The position numbers and the translations under genes were made by a program. From positions 17,298,001 through 17,362,000 of the forward strand of contig NC_086108.1 in the NCBI RefSeq assembly GCF_963921235.1: a DNA stretch of 64,000 nucleotides. The letters run 5' to 3'. This document shows positions 37,741 to 52,400 of the stretch, piece after piece. The notes beneath the pieces are model-generated. The model saw only the letters and a list, made by a program, of their open reading frames with translations, was not told the DNA's origin and did not search any database. Numbering within the stretch: position 1 is the stretch's first letter; every line of letters starts with the position of its first letter. This DNA is from Mobula hypostoma (taxonomy: Eukaryota).

Positions 37741-38316
37741 AACTGAGGCCTCACCAGTATGACTGTAACAATACTTCCCTGGTTATAAACTCTAGCCTTC
37801 TTGTAATAGAGGCCAATGTGGCCATTTGCCCTTCTATTTGCTGAACATGTCCTGCTGACTTTTTTACAATAGAAAAGAGGTATCCAGAGCTGTCAGAACC
37901 ACTTCAGGCAGCCTCACAGTCACCACAGAGGAGGCCCAGAACCTAAGATTGCTTTCACAACCACAAGTCTTACCTGGCAAGCAGAGTAACCTTCCTTATC
38001 ATGCTAGACATTATTCTACAAGAGTAAGAAATCCTCTATGCTGTGAATGTCTATATATAGTAATAGTATTATGTAGTTGAGCTATTGTATACTTGTGTTA
38101 TTATGGTTATTGTATTTATTGAGTATGCCTGCAAGGAAATGAATCTCAGGGTTGTATGTGGTGACATATATGTACTTTGATAATGAAGTTACTTTGAACT
38201 TAGAACATCAGGATAGAAGCTGTCCTTGAGTTTGGTGGTTTGTGCTCTTAGGCTGTTGTACCTTCTGCCTGATGGAAGTAGGGAGAAGGGAGAATGACTG
38301 GGTGAGTGGCCCTGGA

Positions 38317-38607
38317 TTATTTATTTAGAGATCCAGTGCAGAATCAGCTTTCCAGACCTATGAGCCGCTCTGCCCAGCAACTCCCCAGTTTAACCCTAGC
38401 CTAAACATAGGACAATTCATAACGACCAAATGACCTACTAACCGGCGCATCTTTGGGCTGTGGGTGGAAGGTGGAGCACCGGGAGGAATCCCACGCATTC
38501 TGCGGGGAGGACATACAAACTCCTTGTAGAGGCTGCCGGGATTGAACTCCGAACACTAGCGGCCTGAGCTGTAATAGTGTTGTGCTAACCGCTACACTAT
38601 CATGGCA
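38317..38607 (-). mobile_element. tRNA-derived V-SINE (HE1-like)
   Basis: Minus strand shows A box tagtgtagcggttagc, B box gagttcaatccc, V-domain ggagtttgtatgtcctcccc...tgggattcctcccggtgctcc..ccacagcccaaagatg and a (taaa)n tail. Confidence 0.85.
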
Positions 38608-39849
38608 TCTGCTTGTGTCGGCTGCTTTCCTGAGGCAGCAGGAAGTGGGGATGAAACTAACAGAGGGGAGACAGGATTTTTGGACTGGACTGTGTTCACA
38701 AGACTATCTTATCAGTCATTGCCTTGAATATATACAATACTCTACATCCAAATCTCTCTGGTGTGAAGGATTTCAGAGATTTGTAATAGTCTAAAATGAA
38801 ATTTCTCCTCATTTCTCTCTTAAATGTGCAATCCTTTATTCTGACCCCATTTCCGTGCTGTTTTCCATTCACTGGCACATCTGAAGTTAGCCGTGAAACC
38901 AGTAAATGCAGTATGTTGGAATTTCCAAACCATCTGATAAGACTCAACATAAAAACTTACTGCACTAGATCTCCTTATGTTGGGGTCGATCTGTTAGAAC
39001 AGGCAGAAAATTACAGAACTGCAGGATGGTGGGACAGGTGAGTGATCTAGGGATGGCAAAACAGTATTTGAAAACTGGACTGAATGAGTGATTGAAGGGA
39101 AGAAAGGTGCAGTTCTATGGAGAGTGATTGAACACACAGCCAACACAGACCTCCTGAGGAACAAAATAGCCTTTAGCCATGCTGTAGTGTGCCAGCGCTT
39201 AGGAGAAGTTCCTCCCATGGAATAATTTGTTTTTGCTTTATATTGCTTGAGGCAGTATTCTTTTTAGGGAAAATTGGAATAGAAAAGGTAGACGGATGAC
39301 TGGATAGATTCTGTATTGCTCTTGAGAAAAGTAGATATGGATATAATGAGCTGATTCCATGCCCTAAAATGTCATGGTTGAAGTTATCTGGAATAGGGAA
39401 GATGGGGGAGAGGAGGAGTGGGTTTGCCCACGGGAAAACAAACTTATTGTAATCTTATAACCTCACTCCTGTTGACATGGCGCAGTTTAACAATACTTCC
39501 GTTCAAGAAACTGCCAGTCACACCCAGGAGAGCAGCAACTTAGTCATTCCAGGAAGTACAGGAGAAAATGGCAACAAAGAATGCTTAAAATAGAAAGGGT
39601 TTTTTTTGGCTCTGAATTGGTGAAATGATTTCAACTTCAATTTTCTAAATGGCTGCACAAGGCCCATTGAATTCTCTTGTATCTTGTCATTCAGACCCAG
39701 TCAACTATTGGTGTTTAATGAAAACAGAAAAAGCAAACACATGACAAGCCAGGGAGCATCTGTGGAGAGAGAAAACAAGCCAACATTTCTGTTGAAAAAC
39801 CTTGCATCATTCTTTTGTATGGTTTATGCACTCAAGAGCTAATGATTAT

Positions 39850-42800
39850 TAGCAGAGCATCCCTCTGGACATTCCCATCAATAATAAGTATACCGTTTTG
39901 GATACTTTTGTGCAGGATGAGCTTCCAGGGAAATGCCATGGAGACCAGGTTACTGGCACTGAGCATAGGTTTGTGGTGCAGAAGGGAAAGAGGGTGAAGA
40001 GGGGAGTGGTAGTGATAGGAGACTCAATAGTCAGAGAAACAGACAGGAGATTCTGTGAATGTGAATGGGACACCCAGATGTTATGTTGCCTCCCAGGTGC
40101 CAGAGTCAGGGACGTCTCGGACTGTGTCCATGTCACTTTGGAGGGGATGAAGAGCGGTCAGATGTCTTGGTACATATTGGTACCAATGACATAGGAAGGA
40201 AAGCAAAGAGGTCCTGAAGAGAGAATTTAGACAGCTAGGCAGAAAGCTGAGAAGCAGAACCCCCAGGGTAGAAGTTTCTTGATTGCTACCTCTGCCACAT
40301 GCCAGTGAGGGAAGAAACAGGATGATTGGCAGATAAATGCATGGCTGAGAAGCTGGTGCAGGGGGCAGGGATTCAGGTTCTTGGGTAATTGTATCTCTTT
40401 TGGGGGACGTACAAAAGCGACGGGTTGCACCTGAACTCGAGGGGGACCATTATTCTTGTGGGTAGGTTTGTTACAGTTGTTGAGAAGGGTTTAAACTAAT
40501 TTGGCAGGGGGATGGGAATCAGAGTAATGGGACTCAGGATAGGACAGATGGTAAAAAAAGCAAAGATAGTGTGTGGTCAGACTGTCAAGAAGGGCAGGCA
40601 GATGATACCACAAAAGTACAGGCAGCAGGGTGAGTATCAGTGTATTAGCGATGCAGAATCAAAAACTGTAGCAAATATAGTACTCAAAGTATTATATCTC
40701 AATGCACAAAGTATAAGAAATAAGGTGGATGATCTTGTTGCATTATTATAGATTGTCGGGTATGATGTTGTGGCCATCACTGAATTATGGCTGAAGGATG
40801 GTTGTAGTTGGAAGCTGAATGCCCAACATTGTATTAAGTGTTACGAGAATACACATAAAATTAAGATGTTTGCTGGCCTGGGCTAGCATCAGTGGCATCA
40901 GCAGTTGGTCTGCCACCTGCCCTCAGGGGAAGGAGAGATAAGGAACAATGGAGCAGCGTCTGGAGATGTGTAATGAAGGGATGTGGGAGAGAGAGCTGTC
41001 TGGAGCGGCTCCCCCCTTTGAACCCTGAACTGTTTGAAGTGATGGACAGGCGATACCCCAGCAGGGGGATAAAAAGGGACAGGTTCGCTAAGACAGGGAC
41101 ACACACGCCACCCGAGGTAATGAGACCCTGGAAGCGGTGCGCCTCTCACGAGTGGTGAGAAGTACCGGACAACGCACAGGGTGGAAAGGTACGATCAGCG
41201 GGAACCCGGTGTGTGTCCGCCCTTGCCTGGGTGCTGGGTTCACTGCAGAGGATCGACCGCATCTGGAGGAGGGGTCACAGTCGGTGACCTCAGGTGACAT
41301 CACCAAGGACCCGCCCAAAAGTTGCTCGTGAGCAATCTCGCTGGTCTGTGAGTGAAGCTGTGCTGAATGATGAGTTGTTCTCTCTGTCTCTCTTCCCCCA
41401 CCTTGTCCATCGCCATGGCAACGATTACTGCGAACTGAACTTTGAGTCATTTTGAAATTGGTCATTTACCCCTAGACAACGATAGAGCTTGATTGATGCT
41501 GTTATCTTAATTCTGTGCACATGTGTGGTTATCATTGTTGAATTGTTGCATTTATTATCCTTTCGATTACTGTGTTGCTTGTTTCTTTAATAAAACTTTC
41601 TTAGTTCTAGTACTCCAGACTCCAACTGAGTGATCCATTTCTGCTGGTTTGGCAACCCAGTTACGGGGTACGTAACATAAGAAGGTAGGCAGAGGGTGGC
41701 TGCTGCTAAAGAATGGCATCAAATCAGTAGAAAGATGTGGCATGGGAGCAGAAGATGTTGAATCCTTGTGGGTTGAATTAAGAAATTGCAAGGGTAAAAG
41801 GACCCTGATGGCAGTTATATACAGGTCTTCAAGCAGTATCTGGGATGACAACAGGGAATATGAAAGGCTTGTTGAAAGGGGAATGATATGATAGTCATGG
41901 GGTATTTTAACATACAGGTAGATCGAGAAAATCATGTGGTTAATGGATCTCAAGGGAGTGAATTTGTTGAATGCCTATGAGATGGCTTTTTAGAGCAGTT
42001 TGTTTCTGAGCCTGCTAGGGGATCAGCTATACTAGATTGTTATGAAATGAACTGCTGGCAATTAGGGAGCTGAAGGTAAAGGGATTCTTAGGAGGTAGTG
42101 ATCATAATATGATTGAGTTCAACTTGAAATTTGATAGGGAGAAAGAAAAGTCTGACATAGTAGTATTTCAGCAGAGGAAAGGAAATTAACAGTGGTATGA
42201 GAGAGGCCAATGTAAATTGGAAGGAGATGTCTATAGGGATGACAGCAGAGCAGCAATGGCTGGAGTTTCTGGGAAAAATGAAGAAGGTACGGGATAGCTG
42301 TATTCCAAAAACAAAGAAATACTCAAATGACAAAATAGTAAAATGGCTGACAAGGGAACTCAAAGCTAATGTAAAAGCAAAAGAGAGGGCATACAACAAA
42401 GCATAAATCAGTGGGAAGACAAAGGATCAGGAAGCTTTTAAAACCCTACCGAGAGCAACTAAATGAATCAGTCGGAGGGAAAAGATGAAATATGAAAGCA
42501 AGCTAGCAAACAATATCAAGGTGGATAGAAAAAGCTTTTTTAAGTATATAGAAAATAAAACAGAGATGAAAGTGGATATTGGACCGCTAGAAAATGTGGC
42601 TGGAGAAATAATAACCGGGGGACAAGGAGATGGCAAATGAACTAAATGAGTGTTCTGCATCAGTCTTCACTGTAAAAGATGCAGTGTACCAGATATTGAA
42701 TGGTGTGGGGGAAGAGAAGTGGGTGTAGTTACTATTATAAGGGAGAAGGCGCTCAAAAAGCTGAAAGACCTAAAGGTACATAGGTCACCTGGACCAGATG

Positions 42801-44350
42801 AACTGCACCCAAGGGTTCTGAAAGAGATGGCGGTAGAGATTGTGGTGGCATTAGAAATGATCTTTCAAGAATCATGGATTCTGGTATGATTCTGGAGGAC
42901 TGGAAAATTATAAATGTCACTCCACTCTTTAAGAAAGGAGGGAGGCCGCAGAAAGGAAATTATAGATCAGTAGGCCTGACCTCAGTGGTTGGGAAGATGT
43001 AAGAGTCAGTTGTTAAGGATGAGGTGATGGAGTACTTGGTGACATAGGACAAGATAGGACAAAGTTAGCATTGTTTCCTTAACGGAAAATCTTGCCTGAC
43101 AAACATGTTGGAATTCTTTAAGGAGATTACACGTAGGATGGATAAAGGGATGCTGTGGATGTTGTATATTTGGATTTTCAAAAGGCCTTTGACAAGGTGC
43201 CACACATAAGGCTGCTTACCAAGTTAAGAGCCCATGGTATTATAGGAAAGTTACTAACATGATTAGAGCATTGGCTGATTGGCAGGAGGCAGTAAGTGGG
43301 AATAAAAGGATCCTTTTCTTGTTGTCTGCCAGTGACTAGTGGTGTTCAACAGGGGCTGGTGTTGGGACTACTTCTTTTTATCAATGATTTTTATCAATGA
43401 TTTAGACAATCGAATGGATGGCTTTGTTGGAAAGCTTGAAGATGATACTCATTGAACCAATTTCCCCCGGGATCAATAAAGTATGACTATGACTGTGACT
43501 ATGACTATTAGATTGTTGGAGGGGCAAGTAGTGTTGAGGAAACAAATAGGTTGCAGAAGGAATTAGACAGATTAGGAGAATGAGCAAAAAATATGGCGAA
43601 TAAAATACGATGTTGGAAAATGCATGGTAGAAATGTGCAGACTATTTTCTAAACGTGGAGAAAATACAAAAATCTGAGATGCAAAGGGACTTGGGAGTCC
43701 TTGTGTAGAACACCATAAAGGTTAACTTACAGGTTGAGTTAGTGGTGAGGAAGGCAAATGCAATGTTAGCATTCAGTTCAAGAGGTCTAGAATATAAGAG
43801 AAGGGGTGTGATACTAAGGCTTTATAAGGCACTAGTGAGGCCTCACCTTGAGTATTGTGAACAGTTTTGAGCTCCTTATCTCAGAAAAGATGTACTGGCA
43901 TTGGAGAGGGTTCAAAGGAGATTCACAAGGATGATTCTGAGAATGGAAAGATTATGATATGAGGAATGTTTGATGGCTCTGGGCCTGTACTTGTTGGAAT
44001 TTAGAAGGACGTGGGGTGGGGGATCTCATTGAAACCTTCTGCATGTTGAAAGGCCTGGACAGTGTAGACGTGGAAAGGAGGTTTCCATGGTGGGGGAGAC
44101 TAGGATAAGAGGGCACAGCCTCAGATAGAGGGCATCCATTTAAAATAGAGATGGGGTGAAATTTCTTCAACCAGAGTGTGGTGAATTTGTAGAATTTGTT
44201 ACCACAGGCAGCTGTGGAGGCCAGCTTGTTGGGTGCATTTAAGTCAGAGCTTGAAAGTTTCTTGATTGGACACGGCATTAAAGGTTACGGGGAGAAGGCT
44301 GAGGAGGTGAAAAAAGGATCAGCCATGGTTGATGGTCTTATGGTCTTATT
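39850..44350 (+). mobile_element. Near full-length CR1 LINE (ORF1 esterase, ORF2 EN-RT), same family as 21535-26488
   Basis: VIGDSIVR..CCLPGARV, YLNAQSIRNK, SPGPDELHPRVLKE, RT motifs and tail tcttatggtctta. Confidence 0.9.
40839..41677 (+). mobile_element. Solo LTR (Gypsy, Gmr1-like) with a 4-bp TSD
   Basis: TGTTACG...CGTAACA termini; TSD TAAG at 40835-40838 and 41678-41681; AATAAA at ~41589; 3' end resembles that of the 22370 LTR. Confidence 0.9.
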
Positions 44351-44503
44351 ATATAATGTAACCATAGGAAATCCGCTATTTATTGCCATTTATATATTCT
44401 GCTAATTATTTGATATTATCACTGGTGTAGAGTATTGCATGAACATATCATCTAGGGCTTGCCTTCAGTAGAAAGCTTCAACTTGCAAGTTCAGTGTACA
44501 GTA

Positions 44504-45107
44504 ACACACATAAAAGTTGCTGGTGAATGCAGCAGGCCAGGTAGGACTAACTGAAGGAAGAGTTAGTAAGAGATTTGAAAGTGGGAGGGGGAGGGGGAGA
44601 TCCAAAATGATAGGAGAAGACAGGAGGGGGAGGGATGGAGCCAAGAGCTGGACAGTTGATTGGCAAAAGGGATATGAGAGGATCATGGGACAGGAGGCTT
44701 AGGGAGAAAGAAAAGGGGGAGGGGGGAAGCCCAGAGGATGGGCAAGGGGTATAGTCAGAGGGACAGAGGGAGAAAAAGGAGAGAGAGAAAAAGAATATGT
44801 GTATATAAATAAATAATGGATGGGGTACGAGGGGGAGGTAGGGCATTAGCGGAAGTTAGAGAAGTCAATGTTCATGCCATCAGGTTGGAGGCTACCCAGA
44901 TGGAATATAAGGTGTTGTTCCTCCAACCTGAGTGTGGCTTCACCTTTACAGTAGAGGAGGCTGTGGATAGACATATCAGAATGGGAATGGGACGTGGAAT
45001 TAAAATGTGTGGCCACTGGGAGACCCTGCTTTCTCTGGAATCGACTGTACCTCTTCCTATAGATGCTGCCTGGCCTGCTGCATTCACCAGCAACTTTTAT
45101 GTGTGTT
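44504..45107 (-). mobile_element. Penelope-like fragment with an inverted pLTR at the truncation point
   Basis: GIY-YIG end on the minus strand; terminal inverted arms 44503-44541 and 45069-45107; TSD-like gttcagtgtacagta / gtttaatgtacagta. Confidence 0.85.
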
Positions 45108-46491
45108 GTTTAATGTACAGTACATTAGTGCAATTGAATGGAATGACAGGTGAGGCAGGGGTGACATCTGGTGCTTGCAGTGGGCACTGCAATTCCCATT
45201 GTTTGACTTTTACTTAAGATTTTGGGGACTAGGTTATGATACATGGTATGAATTATTTGGTACTTTGGGCATTGATTGGTTGCCAGTTTTGAAAACCATC
45301 ATTAGAGGCTGTGACCAGTACCTTTAGTGGATGTATGCAAGCAGACAACTGCTGACCAAAATGAACTGCTAATCAAAATGAAATTCAGAAACACAGGAAA
45401 CTGCAGATGCTGCAACGATCCCAAACGGATTCAGAACCTGGACTCCACTGCCATCAGTGCAGATTGTAACAACCCAAGACAACTTCAAAATGCCTACTAC
45501 ACAACCTCTAACTGGAGGAGCTGGGTCAGGCAGCATCTGTGGAGGAAATCAGCTAGTCATTGTTACAGGTAGGTCTAAGGGGTGGGAAGAAAATTGAAGA
45601 TGCAGATGGGAAGGAGAGAGAGTAAAGAAAGGACAGAGAAGGGAACTGAAGGAGAGGAAGAACAGGAAGAGAAAAGAGGCTCATGTGGGAGTGTGGGCTG
45701 TTGAAGAAGCTGTTGTAGGAGAAAAGAGAGGAGGAGCTGTAAGACAGAGGAATAAAAGGAGGATCAAGGGGCAGAAGAACAAGGCTTATTCTTATTTCAA
45801 GTCCTGAAAAAATTGTCTGCAAAGAAAATAAAAAGTAATCTGGGTTTCAGAGAAGAAATAGAAAATGATGAATTGTGCAGCATTTTCATAGAACCAACAT
45901 ATGTAGAAATGCGTTTAAGTGGCTCCTTTCGGTGCTTTATGATGCCAAGCCAGTCTGATGGCTCTCTTTGGCCTCTTGATTGCTGGCTGGTTTCCAGTTC
46001 CTGGATTAGTGTCAGTAAGCTGCTTAACTATGGAAGGCAGCACATTTGAGCTGACAATAGCGTCTCTTAAAGTGTGTGGTCTCTTTCTGGTCGGGATTGT
46101 GGGACGCTGAAATGAATCAACATCATGTATTTCAACATGGGAAGGGAACATGTCCAGAGATACATCAGAGTAACAGAGGTAGCCAAAGTAGACGGCAGTT
46201 GTACAATGGGTTATAATATTCCCACTGTGTTTCCCTTTTTCAGAAATGTTGGGGATGGATATGAGCTGGTGCCAAGCATGAGTGGACCAGAAACTGGAGA
46301 GCTGGGGGCCAGAAATGGGAGAGCTGGGAAGTTTGAATGGGTGAGGATCACAAAATGTAGGAAGATGGTTAAGGTTAGGAGTGGAGTGGGGTCAGAGAGG
46401 TGGGGAAGTTGACATCAAATGGGGTGAAGGTTGGAAAGGAAGTCAGATTTAAAGGTGGGATAGGTTGCTAAGAGGGGGGAGGTGTGGGGTG

Positions 46492-49400
46492 TGTTGTGTA
46501 TTTAATATTTCAGTAATATTTGAGTAGTATTGTAAATATATTGTTTGATGATGTGTTTTTTCTTTTCATAATTTACTGCTGGTTATATGTAAAAGTAGGT
46601 GAATGGCATACATCATCAGGTCACCACGTCATCTGTGTGTGCCTTGTTAAAAGTAAAATCGAAATGTATACGTTATCCTGGGTTCCTGTCTTTTCTTTCA
46701 AATAGTTTTATGTTTTGGAGTTTAAAAAGTAACAGTGGTGACAAGAAAGTTTTAAATAAACTCAACAAAACTACCTACCTATTGAAGTGTACTGAGATGA
46801 TCGAGTTTTAAAAAAGTGCAGCAAGAAATGGTTGAGTAAAAAAACACACTGCAGCATGTGCTTCTTCTGGAAGGGACGGAGATGGACAAGTTAAAAACAA
46901 GGCAAAAACTGATGAATATATTGGTTTATAAGCAGTGAGTACCGGGTGATAATAATCATAAATGATAAAAAGAGTAGAAATGGCTGGCTACTTCGAAAAG
47001 ATAGACACATTCAATTGCACGATATTGCATACTGAATAAACTGAGCAGTATTTTGAAGAAAATGTAATTGCCAATGCAAAGCGGGAGTCAGTTTTACAGA
47101 GTATATGAGGTGGAAGAGCATACAATTTGCTTAGAAGTTTGACTGCTCCAACCAAACCAGCCAAAATGAACTTTGCTGATATCATGAAAGTAATGCAAGA
47201 ACATTTAGAACCAAAACAATTGTTGATTGCAGAATGCTTTAGAGTTCATAAGCACAATCAAACTGACGAGGAATCCATTTCAGCGAACATGGCTGAACTA
47301 ATGACATTGTCTGAGTATTGTCAGTTCAGTGATGGGCTTAATGATACAACATACAAACAATACCAGAGGATATCAACTGGCCAGGCAGCATCTATGGAAA
47401 AGAGTACACTGTTGATATTTTGGGCTGAGACCCTTCATCAGGACTGGAAAAAAAGATGAGAGATCAGAGCAAGAAGGTGAGGGGAGGAGAGGAAGAAATA
47501 CAAGGTGGTAGTGACAGGTGAAACTGGGAAGGGGGAAGGGAGAACTATAGAGCTGGGAAGTAGATTGGTGAAAGAGATAAAGGGATGGAGCAACACTCAC
47601 AACACGCTGGAGGAACTCAGCAGGTCGGGCAGCATCCATGGAAACGATCAGTCAATGTTTTGGGCCGGAACCCTTCGTCAGGACTGAAGAGGGAAGGGGC
47701 AGAGGCCCAATAAAGAAGGTGGGGGGAGGGTGGGAAGGAGAAGGCTGGTAGGTATCAGGTGAAAAACCAGTATGGGGAAAGATAAAGGGGTGGGGGAGGG
47801 GAAGCAGGGAGGTGATAGGCAGGAAAGGTGAAGAAGGAATAGGGGAAAACACAATGGGTCGTGGAAGGAGGCGGAACCATGAGGGAGGTAGTAGGCAGCT
47901 GGGGGAGGGGGCAGAGTGAAAGAGGGATAGGGGAAGTGGGGGGAGGGAATGACCAGAAGTTGGAGAATTCGATGTTCATACCGAGGGGCTGGAGACTACC
48001 CAGACAGTATATGAGGTGTTGCTCCTCCAACCTGAGTTTAGCCTCATCGTGGCAGTAGAGTAGGCCATGTATGGACATATCCAAATGGGAGTGTGAAGTA
48101 GAGGGATGGAGGATGGGGCATCTGATAGGAGAGGGTAGAAGACCATGGACGAAAGAGGAAGAGGAACACCAGAGAGGGGTGATGGGCAGGTAAGGAGATA
48201 AGGTGAGAGAGGGAAACGAGAATGGGGAATGGTGAAGGAGAGGGGGAGGGCAATTACCGGACATTAGAGAAATCAGTGTTCATGCCATCAGCTTGGAGAC
48301 TACCTAGATGGAATATAAGGTGTTGCTCCTCCAACCTGAGGGTGGCCTCATCGCAGCAATTGGGAAGGCCATGGACTGACATGTCAGAATGGGAATGGGA
48401 AGTAGAATTGAAACAGGTGGCCATCGGGAGGTCCTGCTTTTTCTGGTGGTCAGTGAAGCAGTCTCCCACTCTATGTTGGGTCTCACTGATATACAGGAGG
48501 CCATACTGGGAGCCCTGGCTACAGTAGATGACCCCAACAGACTCAGGTGAAGTGTTGCTACACCTGGAAAGACTGTTTGAGGCCCTGAATGGTAGTGAGG
48601 GAGGTGGTGTAGGGTCAGGTGAGGCACTTGTTCCACTTGCAAGGGTAAGTACCAGGAGGGAGATCAGTGGGGAGGGATGAATAACCTAGGGAGTTGTGTA
48701 TCGATCCTTGTGGAAAGCAAAAAAATGTTGGGTTGGGGGGAGAAGGAGATGCTTGGTGGTGGGATCCCGTTGGAGATGGCAGAAGTTACAGAGATTTATG
48801 CGCTGGACGCAGAAGCTGGTGAGGTGGTAGAGGAACTCTATCCTTGGTTGGGTAGCGGAAGGATGCTGGTGAGGGCAGCATCGATGGTGGAGGAAGGAAA
48901 GCCCTCATCCTGAGAGCCGATGCGGTGGAGATGGAGGAACTGAGCAAAGCAGATGGCATTTTTTTATAAGTGACAGGGCGGGAAAAGATATAATCCAGGT
49001 AGCTGTGAGAATTAGTGGGTTTATTACAGATATCGGTGGATAAACTGTCTCTAGAGATAGAGACAGAGAGATCAAGAAAGGGAAGGGAGGTGTTGGAAAT
49101 GGACCAGGTAAGTTTGAGGGCAAGGTGGAAGTTGGAGGCAAAAGTGATGATGTCGATGAGCTCCCCATGGGTGCAGGAGGCAGCACCAATACAGTTGTCG
49201 TTGTAGCACAGGAAAAGTTGGGGAGTGATACCGTTGTAGGCTTGGAATATAGACTGTTCCACGTAGCTGACAAATGGCAGGCATATCTGGGGTCCATGCG
49301 ACTGCCCATGGCTACACCTTTCACTTGAAGGAAGTGGGAGGAGCCAAAGAAGAAATTGAGCATGTGGACTAGTCCTGCCAATTGGAGGAAAGTGGTGGCA

Positions 49401-52400
49401 GAAGGGAACAGGTTATGTGTGTTATCCAGAAAGAAACAGAGAACTTTAAGGCCATCCTGATGGGGGAATGAAGGTAGATAGGGACAGGGTATCCATAGTG
49501 AAAATGACACAATAGGGGCCTAGGAACTCAAAGTCATTGAAAAGATCCAGAGCATGTGAAGTGCCAAGGATGTAGGTTAGAAGGGACTGAACCGGGGGTG
49601 GGGGGGTGGGGGGGTGGGGGATAAAATAGAGTTGAGGTATGCAGATATAAGTTAGATATAAGTTCAGTGGGGCAGGAACAAGCAGAAACAATGAGTCTAC
49701 CTGGACAAGCGTGTTTGTGGACCTTGGGTAGGAAGTAGAAACAGGAGGTGCGGGGTAAGGGAACTATGAGGTTGCTGGCAGTGCATGGGAGATCCCCAGG
49801 GTTAATAAGATCAGAGACGGTGAAGGTGACAACAACATGGTGATTCCTAGTGGAGTCTTGTTCAAGAGGTAAGTTAGAGGAGGTGTCTGAGAGTTCGCGC
49901 TCGGCCTCAGCTAGGTAGAGGTCAGTACACCAGACTTCTCCAGCACCACCCCCCCCCCCCCATCTGCAGTTTGATGGTGAGGTTAGGAGTAGTGCAGAGA
50001 GAGTGGAGAGCTGTGTGTTTGGAGGAAGTGACGTTAGAATTGGAGAGAGGAGTGGTAAAGTCTAGACAGTTGATGTTTCCTTGGCAATGAAAAGGTCCAG
50101 ATCAGGCAGAAAACCAGAGCAGGGTGTCTAGGAAGTGGAAGAGGGTTGAAGACGCGAGAAGGAGTTAACAGTGTGGGCTGGAGAGACCTTGCCAAAGGAG
50201 ATAGATGCAGCAGAAGAAAAGCAGGCACAGAACTCGCTGAGATGTGGGTGCAGGGGGGCAAAGGTGAGGCCCTTACAGAGAACAGAATGTTCTGTCTCAG
50301 AGAGAGGAAGGTCAGAGGGAATAGTGAAGATCCGATACAGATGAGAGCTGGGATCAGAAGGGAGGAAGAGGGTAGGGGTTTTCAGGGAAGGTGGGGTTGG
50401 AGGAAATGGAGTTTCCAAGGACCCAAGAGCTGGCAGTGGAACCTGAGAGGCACAGGATTGCAGAGTGGTAGTGGAGGAAATGGAGACAGGGGTTCCAGTG
50501 GCTGTGCGTGAAGTCCTGGCCTGGAGGTGCTGTCTGTCAAGGAGCCAAAGTTGGAGGTTATGCAGTAGAACCAGCATTGATGACAATGGAGTCCGGGTTC
50601 TGAATCTGCTTGGGATCATTGAAACTGTTGAGATTGCCAGCAGAGCTCACTGTCTAGGGATTTCCGTGGCTGCTGGCATTGGAGATGGCAGATTCTATAG
50701 TCTGTAGAAGGGCAATCTCCTGATCCTTTCTGGAGGTGAGAAAGGCAAAGAACCAGTGATTGAAAGTGTGGATCTGGTGAAGGATAAGATATTGGACAGG
50801 TCTATTTCAGGCAGTGGAGAGAGAATCCTAGAGTTGTGGAAGCCACTGGGCTAGGAATACCAAGTACCTCCTCATGGGGGAAGGCGTGGCACATAGAATG
50901 CAGCGAGAGAAGCAGTGGGAGAAGGAGTCAATTAAATGGGGGTCTTTAGAGGGTCCGAATTGAGAAGTTTGAAGATGAATCTGGAAGCCATGCAGCACAA
51001 GATGGCAGCAAAAACATGTTCCCAGGAAGGCTGTGGTAGCAGGCTTAATAATGCATTGAGAGATCATTTAGCTTGTGGAATCTTACAAGAAAGCATTCAA
51101 AAATGTCTCCTAATTGAAACATAATTTACATTTAAAAGAGTAGTTGAAATTGCTGTATCAATGGAAACAGCAGATAGAAATGCAATTAAGCTGCAGTCAG
51201 GAATGAAAATGAGCGTGAACAAAATTGTAACATTTAAACAGAAAACTGCCTGGCCAAACAAATTGTGACAGGGGCTTACATGCACTAGACCAATGCAGAT
51301 TTAAAGGTTAAACTTGCAAAAAATGCAACAAGGTAGGGTACATACAAAGGGTATGTCAGGCTGACAAAAGTAAATAACTGCACAGAGAAGACAAAAAGAT
51401 AAAAAGTCAAATTGCACTTTCAAAAGAGTACTAATCTGCGTACTGTTGATGAAAAATCTGATAATGATGAGAGTGGGTAGCCTTGAGATTTACAATGAGA
51501 AAACTAATAGACAAGCCATAAGGCTTACACCAGAAGTGAATGCCAAATTAATTAAAATAGAATTGGACTCTGGCTTGACAGTTTCAGTCATTCCACAAAA
51601 TGAGTTTGAATGATATTACAAAGACACTAAGCTGAAATCTGCAGGTATCCAATTAAGAACTTATACTGGAGAAAAGATAACTCTTGTGCGAATGACATCT
51701 GTAACAGTGGAATACAACAACCAACAAGCCACATTGAGCTTGTGTGTGGTAAAAATTAGAGGGTGAGCATTGTGGGAGTGTGATTAGCTGAGACAACTAC
51801 AAATTGATTGGAGATCCATCCACCATCTGCATGCCACATCCCCTGCAATAGAGTTAACTGAAAACAAATTAAGAAAGGTACTGGATGATGCCACGGCAGT
51901 GTTCAAGGATAACACTGGAAAACTCAAACATATCAAGGGTCAAATACTGTTAAATGGAAATGCCATACTGAAGTTTTGCAAAGCCCTTCCTGTTCCTTAC
52001 ACCATCGGTGATGAAGTGGCCAGTGAGCTAAATGATGGAAGCTGAAGGAATTCTTTCCAAGCTTGAGTGGGACCCATGGAAAATTTGTGCACCAATTGAC
52101 AGAGAGGCCTTGAACTTGGTTTGGGTTGTAACACGTTTCAACCAGTACTTGTATGGGAAAGAGTTTAGTCCCACATCAATCATTAATGCCCATTTTCAAA
52201 CACAGAGGGTGTTGCACAAACAGCAGCAGCACAAATGTAGAGATGGGTCTGTTGGACCTCTTGGAGAACACAATTACAAGATCAAGTCCAAGAGGACAAC
52301 TAATCATGGAAATGCTGATGGATTGTCCTGTTTACCCTTGGATAAGGTAATACCTGAAAAATTTACTGAAGAGGACACTCCTTATAGAGGTATTCTCCCT

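Noticed and set aside
39000..39045. Possible small exon ending at caggtgagt
   Set aside because: A splice donor consensus alone is insufficient, and the acceptor is weak.
45813..46412. Short ORFs in apparently unique sequence
   Set aside because: No recognisable domain on either strand and no supportable exon structure.
46467..46491. PPT-like sequence before the Gypsy 5' LTR, suggesting a tandem element
   Set aside because: The upstream sequence is generally G-rich and does not match the internal region preceding the 3' LTR.
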